Notes: generated by a model not told the origin, from the sequence alone. A stretch of 32,000 bases of DNA from Patescibacteria group bacterium (GCA_041649575.1 JBAZMW010000004.1:1-32000); one strand, 5' to 3'; shown: positions 16,857-26,560, numbered from the stretch's first letter. Numbers and translations are program-made.

Positions 16857-17330
16857 ATGAAAGAAAAAAAACTACCGTTGATTGTCGTAGCAATTATAGT
16901 CATTATTATTGTCGCTGGTGGCAGTTTTTACTGTGGCCTAAAATACGGCTATCTAATTAAAGGTCCGGGCCAGAATAATCTGGAAGGTTTTCAAAATCTT
17001 ACGCCCGAACAGCGTCAACAGCGTCTGGGACAAATGGGAGCAAACGGCCTCCGCGGCAATGGTTCTGGTGGCGACTTTTTAAATGGTGAGATCATTTCTA
17101 AGGACAACTCGAGTCTAATTCTCAAGCTACGAGCTGGCGGGTCAAAGGTTGTTATTTTCGCCACCTCAACGGAAGTGGGAAAATTTACCAACGGTTCTGT
17201 GGCCGACTTGTCCGTGGGCCAAACTGTCAGTGTTAATGGTCAAAGTAACTCGGATGGCAGCTTGACCGCTCAATCAATTCAAATTCGACCGGCTCTGCCG
17301 CCAAACGACCAACAGCCGTCTAAGCAATAA
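16857..17330 (+). CDS. membrane-anchored small beta-domain protein (paralogue of 12623-13120)
   Basis: The ATG at 16857 (MKEKKLPLIVVAII...) avoids the overlap with the permease that the track start at 16764 would create. The architecture matches the 12623-13120 product. Confidence 0.65.
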   Translation: MKEKKLPLIVVAIIVIIIVAGGSFYCGLKYGYLIKGPGQNNLEGFQNLTPEQRQQRLGQMGANGLRGNGSGGDFLNGEIISKDNSSLILKLRAGGSKVVIFATSTEVGKFTNGSVADLSVGQTVSVNGQSNSDGSLTAQSIQIRPALPPNDQQPSKQ

Positions 17331-17349
17331 AAAAGATAAAACGCAAACT

Positions 17350-17379
17350 AAAAAGTCCCGCCAAAAGGCAGGATTTTTT
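17350..17379. terminator. bidirectional intrinsic terminator
   Basis: AAAAAGTCCCGCC-AAAA-GGCAGGATTTTTT lies between convergent ORFs. Confidence 0.6.
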
Positions 17380-17392
17380 AGTTTTAGCAGAA

Positions 17393-18511
17393 CTATCTGA
17401 TTGATTTATAGCCTCCCGGCACGCCATGGGGAGACAAAACCAGTTGCCACAACTGGATCGAACGAGCCCGAAAAGCGCCGGCGCAGCACAAAAGATAATA
17501 ATGCCACATCCGATAGAAACGATCGTCATAATTTTTTTTGAGTTCCGGCCAAGCCGCTACAAAATTATCGTGCCAGGCCATTAAAGTCTTGTCATAGTCG
17601 GCGCCAAAATTATGAATATCCTCTATAACAAATAACTTTTCCACGCTGGTGGTAAGCAGTTTTAATGACGGCAGCATGCCATTGGGAAAAATATACTTAT
17701 TAATCCAGGGGTCGGTGCTGCTGCCCGACTTCAAGCTGCCAATAGTGTGAAGTAAAAACAGACCTTCAGCCTTAAGACATTTTTTTGCTATTTCCATATA
17801 AGTTCGATAATTCTTACGACCCACGTGTTCGATCATGCCAATAGAAACTAAGTGATCGAATCTTTCATTTACCTCTCGGTAGTCCTGCAAGCGGAACTCC
17901 ACCTCCAGTCCTTGGCAAAGCTCCTCGGCCAGCTTTATTTGCTCTTTAGAAACAGTGATACCAACCACTTTGACGCCATAATTTTTGGCGGCGTGCCTGG
18001 CAAAACTGCCCCAACCACAACCGATATCCAAAACTTTCTGACCTGGTTGCAGATTTAATTTGCGACAGATTAAATCTAACTTTGCCTCCTCGGCTGAATC
18101 CAAATCAGAAGCCTCGCGCCAATAGCCGCAACTATAAGTCATGCTTTTGCCCAGCATGGCAACAAACAGATCATTGCCAGTATCGTAGTGTTTTTCCCCT
18201 ATTTCGAAGGCGCGGCTAACCGCCTGAAGATTGAACAGTTTGGCCTTGATAAATCCCAGTACTAATGGCAAGGACAGGCCGATACGCTCATAAATATTAG
18301 TCGAAAGCAGACGATAAAAAAATTGGTCCAGTTCTTGGCACTCCCACCAGCCATCCATATAAGCCTCGCCCAAACCGAGCGAGCCCTGAGCCTTAACGCG
18401 ATCATACAAACCCTGGTTAATAACCTGCGGGTCCCATGGATTAGGGCCGTCTAGAACAATACCAGTTGGCTCTAAAACCTGATTGACCCATTGTTTAGTG
18501 TTGTCGGACAT
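17393..18511 (-). CDS. cfa: cyclopropane-fatty-acyl-phospholipid synthase family SAM-dependent methyltransferase
   Basis: 372-aa ORF with the SAM-binding motif VLDIGCGWG. The overall pattern (HYD.GNDLF...YSCGYW) is typical of the CFA synthase / mycolic acid cyclopropane synthase family. Confidence 0.8.
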   Translation of the reverse strand: MSDNTKQWVNQVLEPTGIVLDGPNPWDPQVINQGLYDRVKAQGSLGLGEAYMDGWWECQELDQFFYRLLSTNIYERIGLSLPLVLGFIKAKLFNLQAVSRAFEIGEKHYDTGNDLFVAMLGKSMTYSCGYWREASDLDSAEEAKLDLICRKLNLQPGQKVLDIGCGWGSFARHAAKNYGVKVVGITVSKEQIKLAEELCQGLEVEFRLQDYREVNERFDHLVSIGMIEHVGRKNYRTYMEIAKKCLKAEGLFLLHTIGSLKSGSSTDPWINKYIFPNGMLPSLKLLTTSVEKLFVIEDIHNFGADYDKTLMAWHDNFVAAWPELKKNYDDRFYRMWHYYLLCCAGAFRARSIQLWQLVLSPHGVPGGYKSIR

Positions 18512-18646
18512 AAGTCTAACTGTTAATTTTAATTAAAATAATCATAACAAGACTAAATTAAAATTACAAACATGAAAAAGCCACTGACTTAACCGGTATT
18601 TACAGATAAAATTTTTATTGTTAAAATCAAAATTAGATATTAAACC

Positions 18647-18850
18647 ATGGAAAATCTCTTAAATCCTTATTCTTGGATAATAGTAATTGGCGGAATTATA
18701 TTTTTCGGATTAGCTGTTTTTTTATGCTTGGCTGCCTATAATATCGATTCTGATTTTAGCAAATTCTTGGGCCGACTGAGCGTTTTCAACCTTTTAGCCG
18801 GGGCCTGCATCGCCGTAACCTTAATAATCAAGTCTTTCAACCTTTTTTAA
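18647..18850 (+). CDS. small hypothetical membrane protein (2 TM)
   Basis: 67-aa ORF with hydrophobic helices. No family recognised. Confidence 0.45.
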   Translation: MENLLNPYSWIIVIGGIIFFGLAVFLCLAAYNIDSDFSKFLGRLSVFNLLAGACIAVTLIIKSFNLF

Positions 18851-18858
18851 AAAAACTT

Positions 18859-19083
18859 ATGAAAAAAATTATTATTATCCAGCTTTTGGTCTTATTGGCC
18901 GGCGCTCTGTTTGCCTGGTTTAACTTTTACAAAGAGCTGGCCGCCTGGCTGAACCAAACCGCCTGCACCTTCGGCTGCACCGGCAGCGAAAATCCTTTTA
19001 TCACTCCTTGTTTTTACGGCGCGCTTTTCTTCACTGTGGCTCTGATTTTAAGCATTTTTTTAACAAAGAAAAATAAGGCCTAA
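18859..19083 (+). CDS. small hypothetical membrane protein with a Cys pair
   Basis: 74-aa ORF with two TM helices flanking CTFGCTG...PCFYG. Confidence 0.5.
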   Translation: MKKIIIIQLLVLLAGALFAWFNFYKELAAWLNQTACTFGCTGSENPFITPCFYGALFFTVALILSIFLTKKNKA

Positions 19084-19087
19084 ACAT

Positions 19088-19399
19088 ATGAAAACGCCTA
19101 TCACGCCGGATTATACTGTTTTACGGCCGCCGGAAGAATCGGAAAGCGAGCCCAGGCCCGATGAAAGAACTCTGGAAGAAGGCCGGGCCAGGGAAACCAT
19201 GAGAGACGGTCTCTACGCTCTGGCGATTTCTCCGGATATTAGTGAGCGGGAAAGAAAAATTCTGGATCCTTTCAAAATTAGCACGGCCTCTTTTGAGGAG
19301 CTAAAAGAAATAAAAGCGAGATTTGAGAGCTTAAAAAATATTACTCCCTTTCCCCAAAAACCAGAGGGAGACAGCCCTTCGCGAGAAAAAGCAGCTTAA
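19088..19399 (+). CDS. hypothetical acidic protein
   Basis: 103-aa ORF, translationally coupled to the preceding small ORFs. No family recognised. Confidence 0.5.
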   Translation: MKTPITPDYTVLRPPEESESEPRPDERTLEEGRARETMRDGLYALAISPDISERERKILDPFKISTASFEELKEIKARFESLKNITPFPQKPEGDSPSREKAA

Positions 19400-19409
19400 T
19401 CGTTTAAAA

Positions 19410-19447
19410 ACACAAAAAGCAAGAAAAAATCTTGCTTTTTGTGTTCT
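19410..19447 (+). terminator. intrinsic terminator
   Basis: A roughly 15-bp stem pairs ACACAAAAAGCAAGA with TCTTGCTTTTTGTGT. Confidence 0.7.
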
Positions 19448-19499
19448 AGTAAAACTTTCAAAAAACGCTGTCTTTTGCTATAATCAAAACAAGATCAAT

Positions 19500-21092
19500 A
19501 TGAGTAAAATAACCAATGAACTAGAGTGGCTGGTTGATATTTACGGCCACAATTACCAGAAGTCGGTTCCCGATGAGGTAGAAAAGATAAAGCTTAGCCA
19601 ATTAGTGTCTAAGCTTGGTTTTGTTTATGAAAAATTCAGAAACGCCATTGATTATAATGAAGAGCATTTGGTCAGACGCAATTCTTTAGAGCGGCTTCTT
19701 AAGCGACAAATTCTTTTTTTGCAGGAGAGGCGCCCGCAACAAATCAGCCAAACCTTGATTTATGAATTCATCCGCGCCGGCTACCTGCCAAACAACCAAT
19801 TGCCAGAGACGGTGATCGAGGAAGTGGCGACGATCATCATAAAGTATCTGGAAATTTTTAACTGCCTCCATGGCCAGCGGCTGGCCAACTACGGCAAACT
19901 GGCTGCCTGGCTGATCAGTCTGGCTGCCTGCGAAATAAACGAATACCTGGTGCCTCAAGAAAGAGAAACGGCCATGGTCAATTTCATGTATTCTCATTTG
20001 GTTGATAATCTGGCCTTTACAAAAACCAAAATCGAAGAAAAAGAAAAAAACCTGCAGATTTATCTGGCCACGCTAAGAACTTTTTCTAATGCCGATACCG
20101 TGGCCTTAAATTATGGTCTGCTCAAGCTTTATCTGCCCAATTGGCGGCAAGCGGACAAAAACGAAATTCAAAGTTTTTGCCAGAACATCAACATTATTAA
20201 AAATAAAATTGAGGCGCACATTAAACACTCAATTGGCTTCCAGCTCACTCGAACCGTTCGATCCCAGGCGGTATTTTTTACGGTCTTAAACCAATTAATG
20301 CAAAAAAATGCGGGACAATTAAAAGAAGTCCTGGATGACCCTAAAACCCTGGAAGAAAAAATCGAGGAAATAGCGCTGGCCAATTATCACCGTATCAGAA
20401 GTAAACTGATGGGCACTATTTTCAGAGTGATAATTTATATTTTTTTTACCAAAACGATTTTGGCCTTTATTTTAGAGCTGCCTTATGATTATTTATTTAT
20501 CAAACAAGTCGATTGGTATGCCTTGAGCGTTAATGTCTTGTTTCATCCGCTACTAATGTTTTTTCTGGCCATGACTATCCGCGTACCCGGAACAAAAAAC
20601 ACAAAAATCATCATTGAAGAGATAAAAAACATTGTCTATGGCACCGAAAGGAAAATCGGCTTCAAGGCCAAAAAATCTCTGAAACGCGGTTCCTTTAGCT
20701 ACTTCGTCTTCAACACTATTTATTTATTAATGTTTATTGTTTCTTTTGGTATCATTATAAAAATACTAAATCTGATACATTTTAATATAATCAGCGGCAT
20801 TCTTTTCGTTTTTTTCTTAACCATAGTCAGCTTCTTCGGATTCAGGCTGCGCAATTTGGCCAAACAGTTTTCGGTTTTGCCGCGCAAAGACAGCCTGTTT
20901 AATTTTTTGGTCGACTTTATTTCTCTGCCTATCATCAGAGTGGGACGGTTTTTCTCTACCAACTTTTCCAAAATCAACATTTTCTTGTTTATTTTAGATT
21001 TTATTATTGAAACGCCTTTCAAGTTACTGATAGAATTTTTGGAAAAAACGGTTTCTTTTATCAAGGAAAAGCGCGAAGAAATCGCGGAATAA
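19500..21092 (+). CDS. large hypothetical polytopic membrane protein
   Basis: 530-aa ORF with a soluble N-terminal ~300 aa followed by several TM helices. No motif I can assign. Confidence 0.7.
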   Translation: MSKITNELEWLVDIYGHNYQKSVPDEVEKIKLSQLVSKLGFVYEKFRNAIDYNEEHLVRRNSLERLLKRQILFLQERRPQQISQTLIYEFIRAGYLPNNQLPETVIEEVATIIIKYLEIFNCLHGQRLANYGKLAAWLISLAACEINEYLVPQERETAMVNFMYSHLVDNLAFTKTKIEEKEKNLQIYLATLRTFSNADTVALNYGLLKLYLPNWRQADKNEIQSFCQNINIIKNKIEAHIKHSIGFQLTRTVRSQAVFFTVLNQLMQKNAGQLKEVLDDPKTLEEKIEEIALANYHRIRSKLMGTIFRVIIYIFFTKTILAFILELPYDYLFIKQVDWYALSVNVLFHPLLMFFLAMTIRVPGTKNTKIIIEEIKNIVYGTERKIGFKAKKSLKRGSFSYFVFNTIYLLMFIVSFGIIIKILNLIHFNIISGILFVFFLTIVSFFGFRLRNLAKQFSVLPRKDSLFNFLVDFISLPIIRVGRFFSTNFSKINIFLFILDFIIETPFKLLIEFLEKTVSFIKEKREEIAE

Positions 21093-21116
21093 GAAAGACG
21101 TGTCACCGCTATCCCT

Positions 21117-21164
21117 CTTGACAGGGATTTTAAACTAAGATATAATTAGATATATATCTAATTA
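21117..21164 (+). promoter_or_regulatory. consensus promoter (TTGACA-N17-TATAAT) overlapped by a 24-bp perfect palindrome, the likely SdpR/ArsR operator
   Basis: TTGACA at 21117-21122 and TATAAT at 21140-21145. The palindrome ATAATTAGATAT|ATATCTAATTAT spans 21141-21164. Confidence 0.6.
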
Positions 21165-21182
21165 TCTAAATTTATTAACTAT

Positions 21183-21455
21183 ATGCCTCTTTCCCAAACC
21201 TTCGCCGCTCTGGCCGACCCTAACCGCCAAAAAATCCTGGATTTACTCAAAAAACAGGAGCTGGCTGTCTCGGAAATCGGCGAGCACTTAAATATAACTC
21301 TGGCCACCCTTTCCCACCACTTGGACGTCCTCAAAAGGGCCAACCTAATCAGTGGCCGGCGCGAAGGCCAGCAGATTATTTATTCTCTGAACCTAAGTGT
21401 TTTTGAGGAGGTGACTGAAAAAATCATTAAATTTTTAAAAATAAAACATAAATAA
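21183..21455 (+). CDS. ArsR/SdpR family winged-helix transcriptional repressor
   Basis: 90-aa ORF. FAALADPNRQKILDLL..QELAVSEI...L.ITLATLSHHL..L is the typical ArsR HTH. Confidence 0.85.
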   Translation: MPLSQTFAALADPNRQKILDLLKKQELAVSEIGEHLNITLATLSHHLDVLKRANLISGRREGQQIIYSLNLSVFEEVTEKIIKFLKIKHK

Positions 21456-21460
21456 AAAAT

Positions 21461-22123
21461 ATGAGCAGTCCTATTAAACCAAATTTAAAAACCGAGTGGT
21501 TTCCTGTTTTGCTTTTGGCGATAGCTGTTGTTTTGTCTTGCCTCTTTCACCCGCTACTACCAGAAAGAGTGGCTAGCCACTGGAATTTTTCTGGACAGGT
21601 TGATGGCTGGAGTTCAAAAAATTTCCATACTTTTTTCTTTCCCCTGCTGCTTATAGGCATGTACATTTTATTTTTGGTCCTGCCCTATCTTGATCCCAAA
21701 AGAGAACGCTACCAAGAGTTTTTGCCGATTTATAAAATATTCAGAAACCTAATTTTACTGGTTTTGCTGGTAATCTATCTGGCCGCCAGTTTGTACAACA
21801 TCGGTTGGCCGATTAATATCGGCGTTGTTGTGGCGCTGGCCATAGGAATATTGATGATCGTCTTGGGCAACTATCTGGGTAAAATAAAAAATAATTGGTT
21901 TCTGGGGATACGAACGCCCTGGACATTGTCTTCGGAAAATGTCTGGAACAAAACGCACCGCCTGGGCGGCTGGCTGTTTATGCTGTTTGGGCTGATAATA
22001 ATTGTCGCGCCCTGGCTGCCAGAGATTGTGGCAACAGTCGCCTTTGTTTTTGGTATTGCCTTGTTGCTTATCGGCACCACGGTCTATTCTTACTGGCTTT
22101 ACAGAAAAGAGCGAAAAAAATAA
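21461..22123 (+). CDS. SdpI/YhfL family membrane protein (DUF1648 + SdpI immunity-like domain)
   Basis: 220-aa ORF with an N-terminal HWNFSGQVDGWSSK motif, a GNYLGKIK.NWF.GIRTPWTL.SE.VW..THR segment and multiple TM helices. It is paired with the ArsR/SdpR-like gene. Confidence 0.8.
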   Translation: MSSPIKPNLKTEWFPVLLLAIAVVLSCLFHPLLPERVASHWNFSGQVDGWSSKNFHTFFFPLLLIGMYILFLVLPYLDPKRERYQEFLPIYKIFRNLILLVLLVIYLAASLYNIGWPINIGVVVALAIGILMIVLGNYLGKIKNNWFLGIRTPWTLSSENVWNKTHRLGGWLFMLFGLIIIVAPWLPEIVATVAFVFGIALLLIGTTVYSYWLYRKERKK

Positions 22124-22130
22124 TAAGCCA

Positions 22131-22170
22131 AACAAAACCCTTCCAGTTAATTGGAAGGGTTTTGTTTTTA
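22131..22170. terminator. bidirectional intrinsic terminator
   Basis: AACAAAACCCTTCCA (22131-22145) pairs with TGGAAGGGTTTTGTT (22152-22166), followed by a T-run. Confidence 0.75.
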
Positions 22171-22174
22171 AAAA

Positions 22175-23392
22175 CTACTTTTTGACGACTTTAGCAAAAA
22201 ACTTTTTTCCTTTTTGTAGTAATAGACCGCTGCCTGACACTTCTAGTTGCATTTTTTCATTGCGCACCAATTGATCATCAACCCTTAAAGCGCCCTCTTT
22301 GATCAACCGGCGAACTTCGGCATTGCTCTTGGCCAAACCAGCCTTAACAAACAGATCTAAGACACCGATTTTGCCATCTTTGTCTTCGATTAGTACTTCT
22401 GATATTTCCAGCGGCTTTTGCTTATCTTGAAAAACCCGCTTGAAATATTGTTCCCCCTCTTTAGCTTTTTTATCGCCCTGATAAACCCGTACCACCTCGT
22501 AAGCCAATTGCATTTTAAGGTCACGGGGATTGACCTTGCCTAAAGACAACTGATCTTTTACTTCTAAAATTGTTTCTTCTGAGACATCGGTTAAAATCTC
22601 AAAGGCCGGAATAATCATCTCATCGGGCCAACTCATTACTTTGCTATACATTTCCTCGGGTGTGTCAATGAGAGGAATCATATTACCTTCAGATTTGCCC
22701 ATTTTTTTACCAGTTGGATCCTCTAGCAATCTAGTGGTCAAAACAAATTTTTCCTTGTTTTTCATTTTTTTCATCAAAGTCCGCCCAGCCAGCATATTAA
22801 ACATCTGGTCATTACCACCAATTTCTAAATCTACATCCAGAGCCACGCTATCATAGGCCTGCATTACGGGGTATAAAAATTCATGAAAATACAAATCCTT
22901 TCCCGAATCAATCCTTTCTTTGAACATACTCCTAGCTAAAGTCTGTTGAGCAGTAAAATAAGAAGCGAGCTTAATGGTATCGGCAAAATTAAGTTTACTC
23001 AGCCATTTCGAATTATATTCAAATCTAATTTTTTTAATATCAATCAAATCCTTAATTTGGCCTTTCCACCCTTTTAGATTCTCCAAAACTTGTTTTTTGG
23101 TTAATTGTTTTCTGGTGGCTGATTTATCTGTCGGATCTCCAATCTGGCCGGTAAAATCGCCAAACAAAAAAATCACCTCGTGACCCAGCTGTAAAAATTG
23201 AGCCAATTTGCGAATGGTAATACCATGGCCGATATGTAAAGTAGCTGCCGTCGGATCATAACCACAATAAAGCCTGATTCGTTTTCCAGACAGCAAGAGT
23301 TTTTTAAGCGACTCCTTGTCGGGGTAGATATTTTCTACTCCGCGAGTAAGTAAATGCTCGATTTGTTTTTCGTCGGTGACGATTTTTGACAT
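22175..23392 (-). CDS. tyrS: tyrosine--tRNA ligase
   Basis: 405-aa ORF with GYDPTAATLHIGHG (HIGH), KMGKSEGN (KMSKS) and a C-terminal S4 domain. Confidence 0.95.
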   Translation of the reverse strand: MSKIVTDEKQIEHLLTRGVENIYPDKESLKKLLLSGKRIRLYCGYDPTAATLHIGHGITIRKLAQFLQLGHEVIFLFGDFTGQIGDPTDKSATRKQLTKKQVLENLKGWKGQIKDLIDIKKIRFEYNSKWLSKLNFADTIKLASYFTAQQTLARSMFKERIDSGKDLYFHEFLYPVMQAYDSVALDVDLEIGGNDQMFNMLAGRTLMKKMKNKEKFVLTTRLLEDPTGKKMGKSEGNMIPLIDTPEEMYSKVMSWPDEMIIPAFEILTDVSEETILEVKDQLSLGKVNPRDLKMQLAYEVVRVYQGDKKAKEGEQYFKRVFQDKQKPLEISEVLIEDKDGKIGVLDLFVKAGLAKSNAEVRRLIKEGALRVDDQLVRNEKMQLEVSGSGLLLQKGKKFFAKVVKK

Positions 23393-23446
23393 CTATTTTA
23401 GATTATTGTCTTTTTTGGGACAGAGGATGGCAGTCTCCTCTGTCGG

Positions 23447-23731
23447 TTAATGGCGGTGACCATTCTCATTTCTTCTTTCGCGAAAATTGGGCTGTTTTCT
23501 CTTGGCAGTCCGGCCTTGGACTAGATCGCGCAAGGAGCCGGCGATAGGCGAGATGAAAGAAGCGCCTAAGCCGACGACCACGACAGAAAACGTAAACCTC
23601 AAGACCTTGTCGCAGTCTAACTTCAGCCAGATGAGCCCAACCAAGAGCAGCGCTACAACCCAAAGAACGGTTTCTAGCAGGAAGAGCTTCCGCCATTTCT
23701 GCAACGACCTCGCTACTATTCTAAGGTTCAT
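23447..23731 (-). CDS. hypothetical small membrane protein (2 TM) between valS and tyrS
   Basis: 94-aa ORF with GAGGAGG 8 nt upstream and C/G-ending codons. No family recognised. Confidence 0.55.
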   Translation of the reverse strand: MNLRIVARSLQKWRKLFLLETVLWVVALLLVGLIWLKLDCDKVLRFTFSVVVVGLGASFISPIAGSLRDLVQGRTAKRKQPNFRERRNENGHRH

Positions 23732-23761
23732 GTGAGAACCCTCCTCTTATCAAATAGTGCT

Positions 23762-26416
23762 CTATTTCAAACTCTGCAAATTATCTTTTAATTTTAACAC
23801 TTTTTCCTGGGCCATGGCCAGTTTTTCCTTTTCCCCGTCTACCACTATTTTAGGAGCGTGGCTAATAAACTCCTGGCCAGCCAACTTAACCTCTAAATTT
23901 TTTATATATTTTTCTAACTCGCCAATCTCCTTATTTAAACGCTCTTGTTCTGCTACCCTATTAATTGTAACCGATAAATCCAAATATATCTGTGCCTGGT
24001 TGGTTACGGCACCAAGACTACTAGCTGGCTTCTGGCTGATGTTGTCGGTGACAGTCAAAGATTCTAGACGAGCCAGACGCTTGATAATAACCGCTTGCGA
24101 CTCGAGCAATTCTTTTTGCCCACTGATAATTACCGCTTTCAATAATTTAGCTGGCTCAATTTTGTTTTCACTGCGTAAATTTCTAATGGAAGTGATGATC
24201 TGTTTTATTAATTCAAAATCTTTATTCTTGGCCGGCCCGGCTTTAACCGCGGGCCAAGTTTCGACCATCAATAAACCGCTGTCAAAATTATGCCAAAGCT
24301 CTTCGGTAATAAAGGGGCAGAAAGGATGCCAGAGCCGCAAAATATTTTGCAAGACATAAAGCAGAATTTCATCCTTATCACCCTCGATTTTGGCAATCTC
24401 CAAATACCAATCGGCAAAACAATCCCAGGTAAATTCCTGCAGTTTTTCCGCAGCTAAAGAAAACTCATATTTATCCATCAAATGCTCAATTAAATGAGTT
24501 GTCGCCTCCAGTTCTTGCAAAATCCAATGGTCGGACAAGGTCTGGGCGGTTGGCTTGGCCGTAATTATTTTAATGTCATCGACTGACTGCAAAATAAACC
24601 GAGAAATATTCCAAAGCTTATTAATAAAATTCCTGGCGCCAGCCACTTTCTCCTCGAAAAATCTCATATCATTACCCGGGGTCGTGCCTTTAAGTAAGCT
24701 AAGCCGCAGGGCATCGGTGCCGTATTTTTCTATAATCTCCAACGGGTCCAGCCCATTACCGGCCGATTTAGAAAACTTTTTGCCATTTTTGTCACGTAAC
24801 ATGCCATGAATATAGACCTCCTTGAATGGGATATCGTCTAAAGCATAGGCGGACAAGAGAATCATCCGCGCCATCCAAAAAAATAAAATTTCATAACCCA
24901 TCTGCATCCAGGAGGTAGGGTGAAATTTTTTTAGGTCCGCTGTCTGGTCGGGCCAGCCAAGGGTCGAGAAAGTCCAGGCGCCAGAGGAAAACCAGGTATC
25001 TAGGGTATCTTCGTCTTGTCTGATATTTTTACTCTGACATTTTGGACATTTTAACGGACTACCTTCGCTAAAAAATATTTCTTGGCAATCATCACAATAC
25101 CAAACTGGTAAACGATGGCCCCACCAAATCTGACGTGAAATACACCAATCACGCAAATTATCAATCCAATGCAAATAAATACTTTGAAATCGGTTAGGTG
25201 TAATTTTGATAATTTTATCCTGATCGCCGCTGTGGCCCGTAGTAACCGCTTCACGCATTAAATCTTTCAAGCTCTGGTCGCGGCCAGTAATTTTTTTATT
25301 AACATCAACAAACCACTGATCCATCGGCAGGGCTTCGACAACATCTTTGAAACGATCGGAGGTACCGACGTTATGTTCGATTTCTTCTTCACCAACATAA
25401 AGGCCATTATCTTTAAGCCAGTTAACAAATTTATCCCGCGCCTCCAAAACCGTTAAACCCTCATAACCCGGACCAGCGGCCTTAAGCATCCGGCCATCAC
25501 GGCCAATGACCGGTGTAATACCGATATCTTTGTTATTCTGATACATTTCAAAATCGATCTGGCTGTGAGCCGGTGTCACACCCACGGCGCCAGTGCCATA
25601 ATTCATGTCAACATTCTTATCGCCAATGACAGTGATTGTCAGCGGCCGCTCGGCACCGACATCGACTGTGAATTTCTGGCCAATAAATTTTTGGTATTTC
25701 CCATCATCGGGATGAACCGCTACCGCAGTGTCCCCCAGCTTGGTTTCTGGACGAGTGGTGGCAATGGTAATGGGAAAATCCTTGGAATATCTAAAAGTAT
25801 AGACCCTCGTCTTTTTTGTTTCATAAACCAGCTCGTCATCGGAACAAGTGCTTTGTCCCTTGACCGACCAGTTGACCACCCGATAACCGCGATAAATCAA
25901 GCCATCATCAAACATCATCTTAAAAAGCTTATTAACAGCAGCCGACCTCTTATCGTCAAAAGTATAGGCCAAACGCGACCAGTCGCAAGAAGTGCCCATT
26001 TTTTTGATTTGACCAATGATGATGCTTTTGTGATTCTCTGCGAATTCGCGAATTCGCTTCAACAGTTCTTCACGTCCTAACTCTTGACGCGGATTGGTAA
26101 TGCCCTGTTTTTTCAGCTCGTCTTCGACCCTGGCTTGAGTGGCCACGGCGGCATGATCCGTGCCGGGAACTATTAAGGCGCGTTTGCCTTTCATCCGCTG
26201 ATAACGAATCTCGATATCCATTAGAGAATTTTCAAAAGCGTGACCCAAGTGTAAAATACCCGTGACGTTGGGCGGCGGCATGGAAATAACAAAAACCTCG
26301 GGACGATCACCCGGCAATTTGTCAGGATCAAAAAAACCGGAAGCTTCCCATTTTTGATAAATCTGGTCTTCGACTGTTGCGGCTTCGTAAGTTTTAGGTA
26401 ATTCGATTTTGGCCAT
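23762..26416 (-). CDS. valS: valine--tRNA ligase
   Basis: 884-aa ORF with PPNVTGILHLGHA (HIGH), KFSKSAGN (KMSKS), a CP1 editing domain and a C-terminal coiled coil. Confidence 0.95.
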   Translation of the reverse strand: MAKIELPKTYEAATVEDQIYQKWEASGFFDPDKLPGDRPEVFVISMPPPNVTGILHLGHAFENSLMDIEIRYQRMKGKRALIVPGTDHAAVATQARVEDELKKQGITNPRQELGREELLKRIREFAENHKSIIIGQIKKMGTSCDWSRLAYTFDDKRSAAVNKLFKMMFDDGLIYRGYRVVNWSVKGQSTCSDDELVYETKKTRVYTFRYSKDFPITIATTRPETKLGDTAVAVHPDDGKYQKFIGQKFTVDVGAERPLTITVIGDKNVDMNYGTGAVGVTPAHSQIDFEMYQNNKDIGITPVIGRDGRMLKAAGPGYEGLTVLEARDKFVNWLKDNGLYVGEEEIEHNVGTSDRFKDVVEALPMDQWFVDVNKKITGRDQSLKDLMREAVTTGHSGDQDKIIKITPNRFQSIYLHWIDNLRDWCISRQIWWGHRLPVWYCDDCQEIFFSEGSPLKCPKCQSKNIRQDEDTLDTWFSSGAWTFSTLGWPDQTADLKKFHPTSWMQMGYEILFFWMARMILLSAYALDDIPFKEVYIHGMLRDKNGKKFSKSAGNGLDPLEIIEKYGTDALRLSLLKGTTPGNDMRFFEEKVAGARNFINKLWNISRFILQSVDDIKIITAKPTAQTLSDHWILQELEATTHLIEHLMDKYEFSLAAEKLQEFTWDCFADWYLEIAKIEGDKDEILLYVLQNILRLWHPFCPFITEELWHNFDSGLLMVETWPAVKAGPAKNKDFELIKQIITSIRNLRSENKIEPAKLLKAVIISGQKELLESQAVIIKRLARLESLTVTDNISQKPASSLGAVTNQAQIYLDLSVTINRVAEQERLNKEIGELEKYIKNLEVKLAGQEFISHAPKIVVDGEKEKLAMAQEKVLKLKDNLQSLK

Positions 26417-26560
26417 GGAGATAAAGCTTTTGGAATGGTTTTATTTTACTTAATTTAACTTAATTTTTCAAGTTTTAAAAGCCCTGTCCGGCGTTTATTG
26501 ACAATAAATGAAAATTTGGCTAAGATTAAATATTCAGTTAAATTATTATCCAAAACACTT

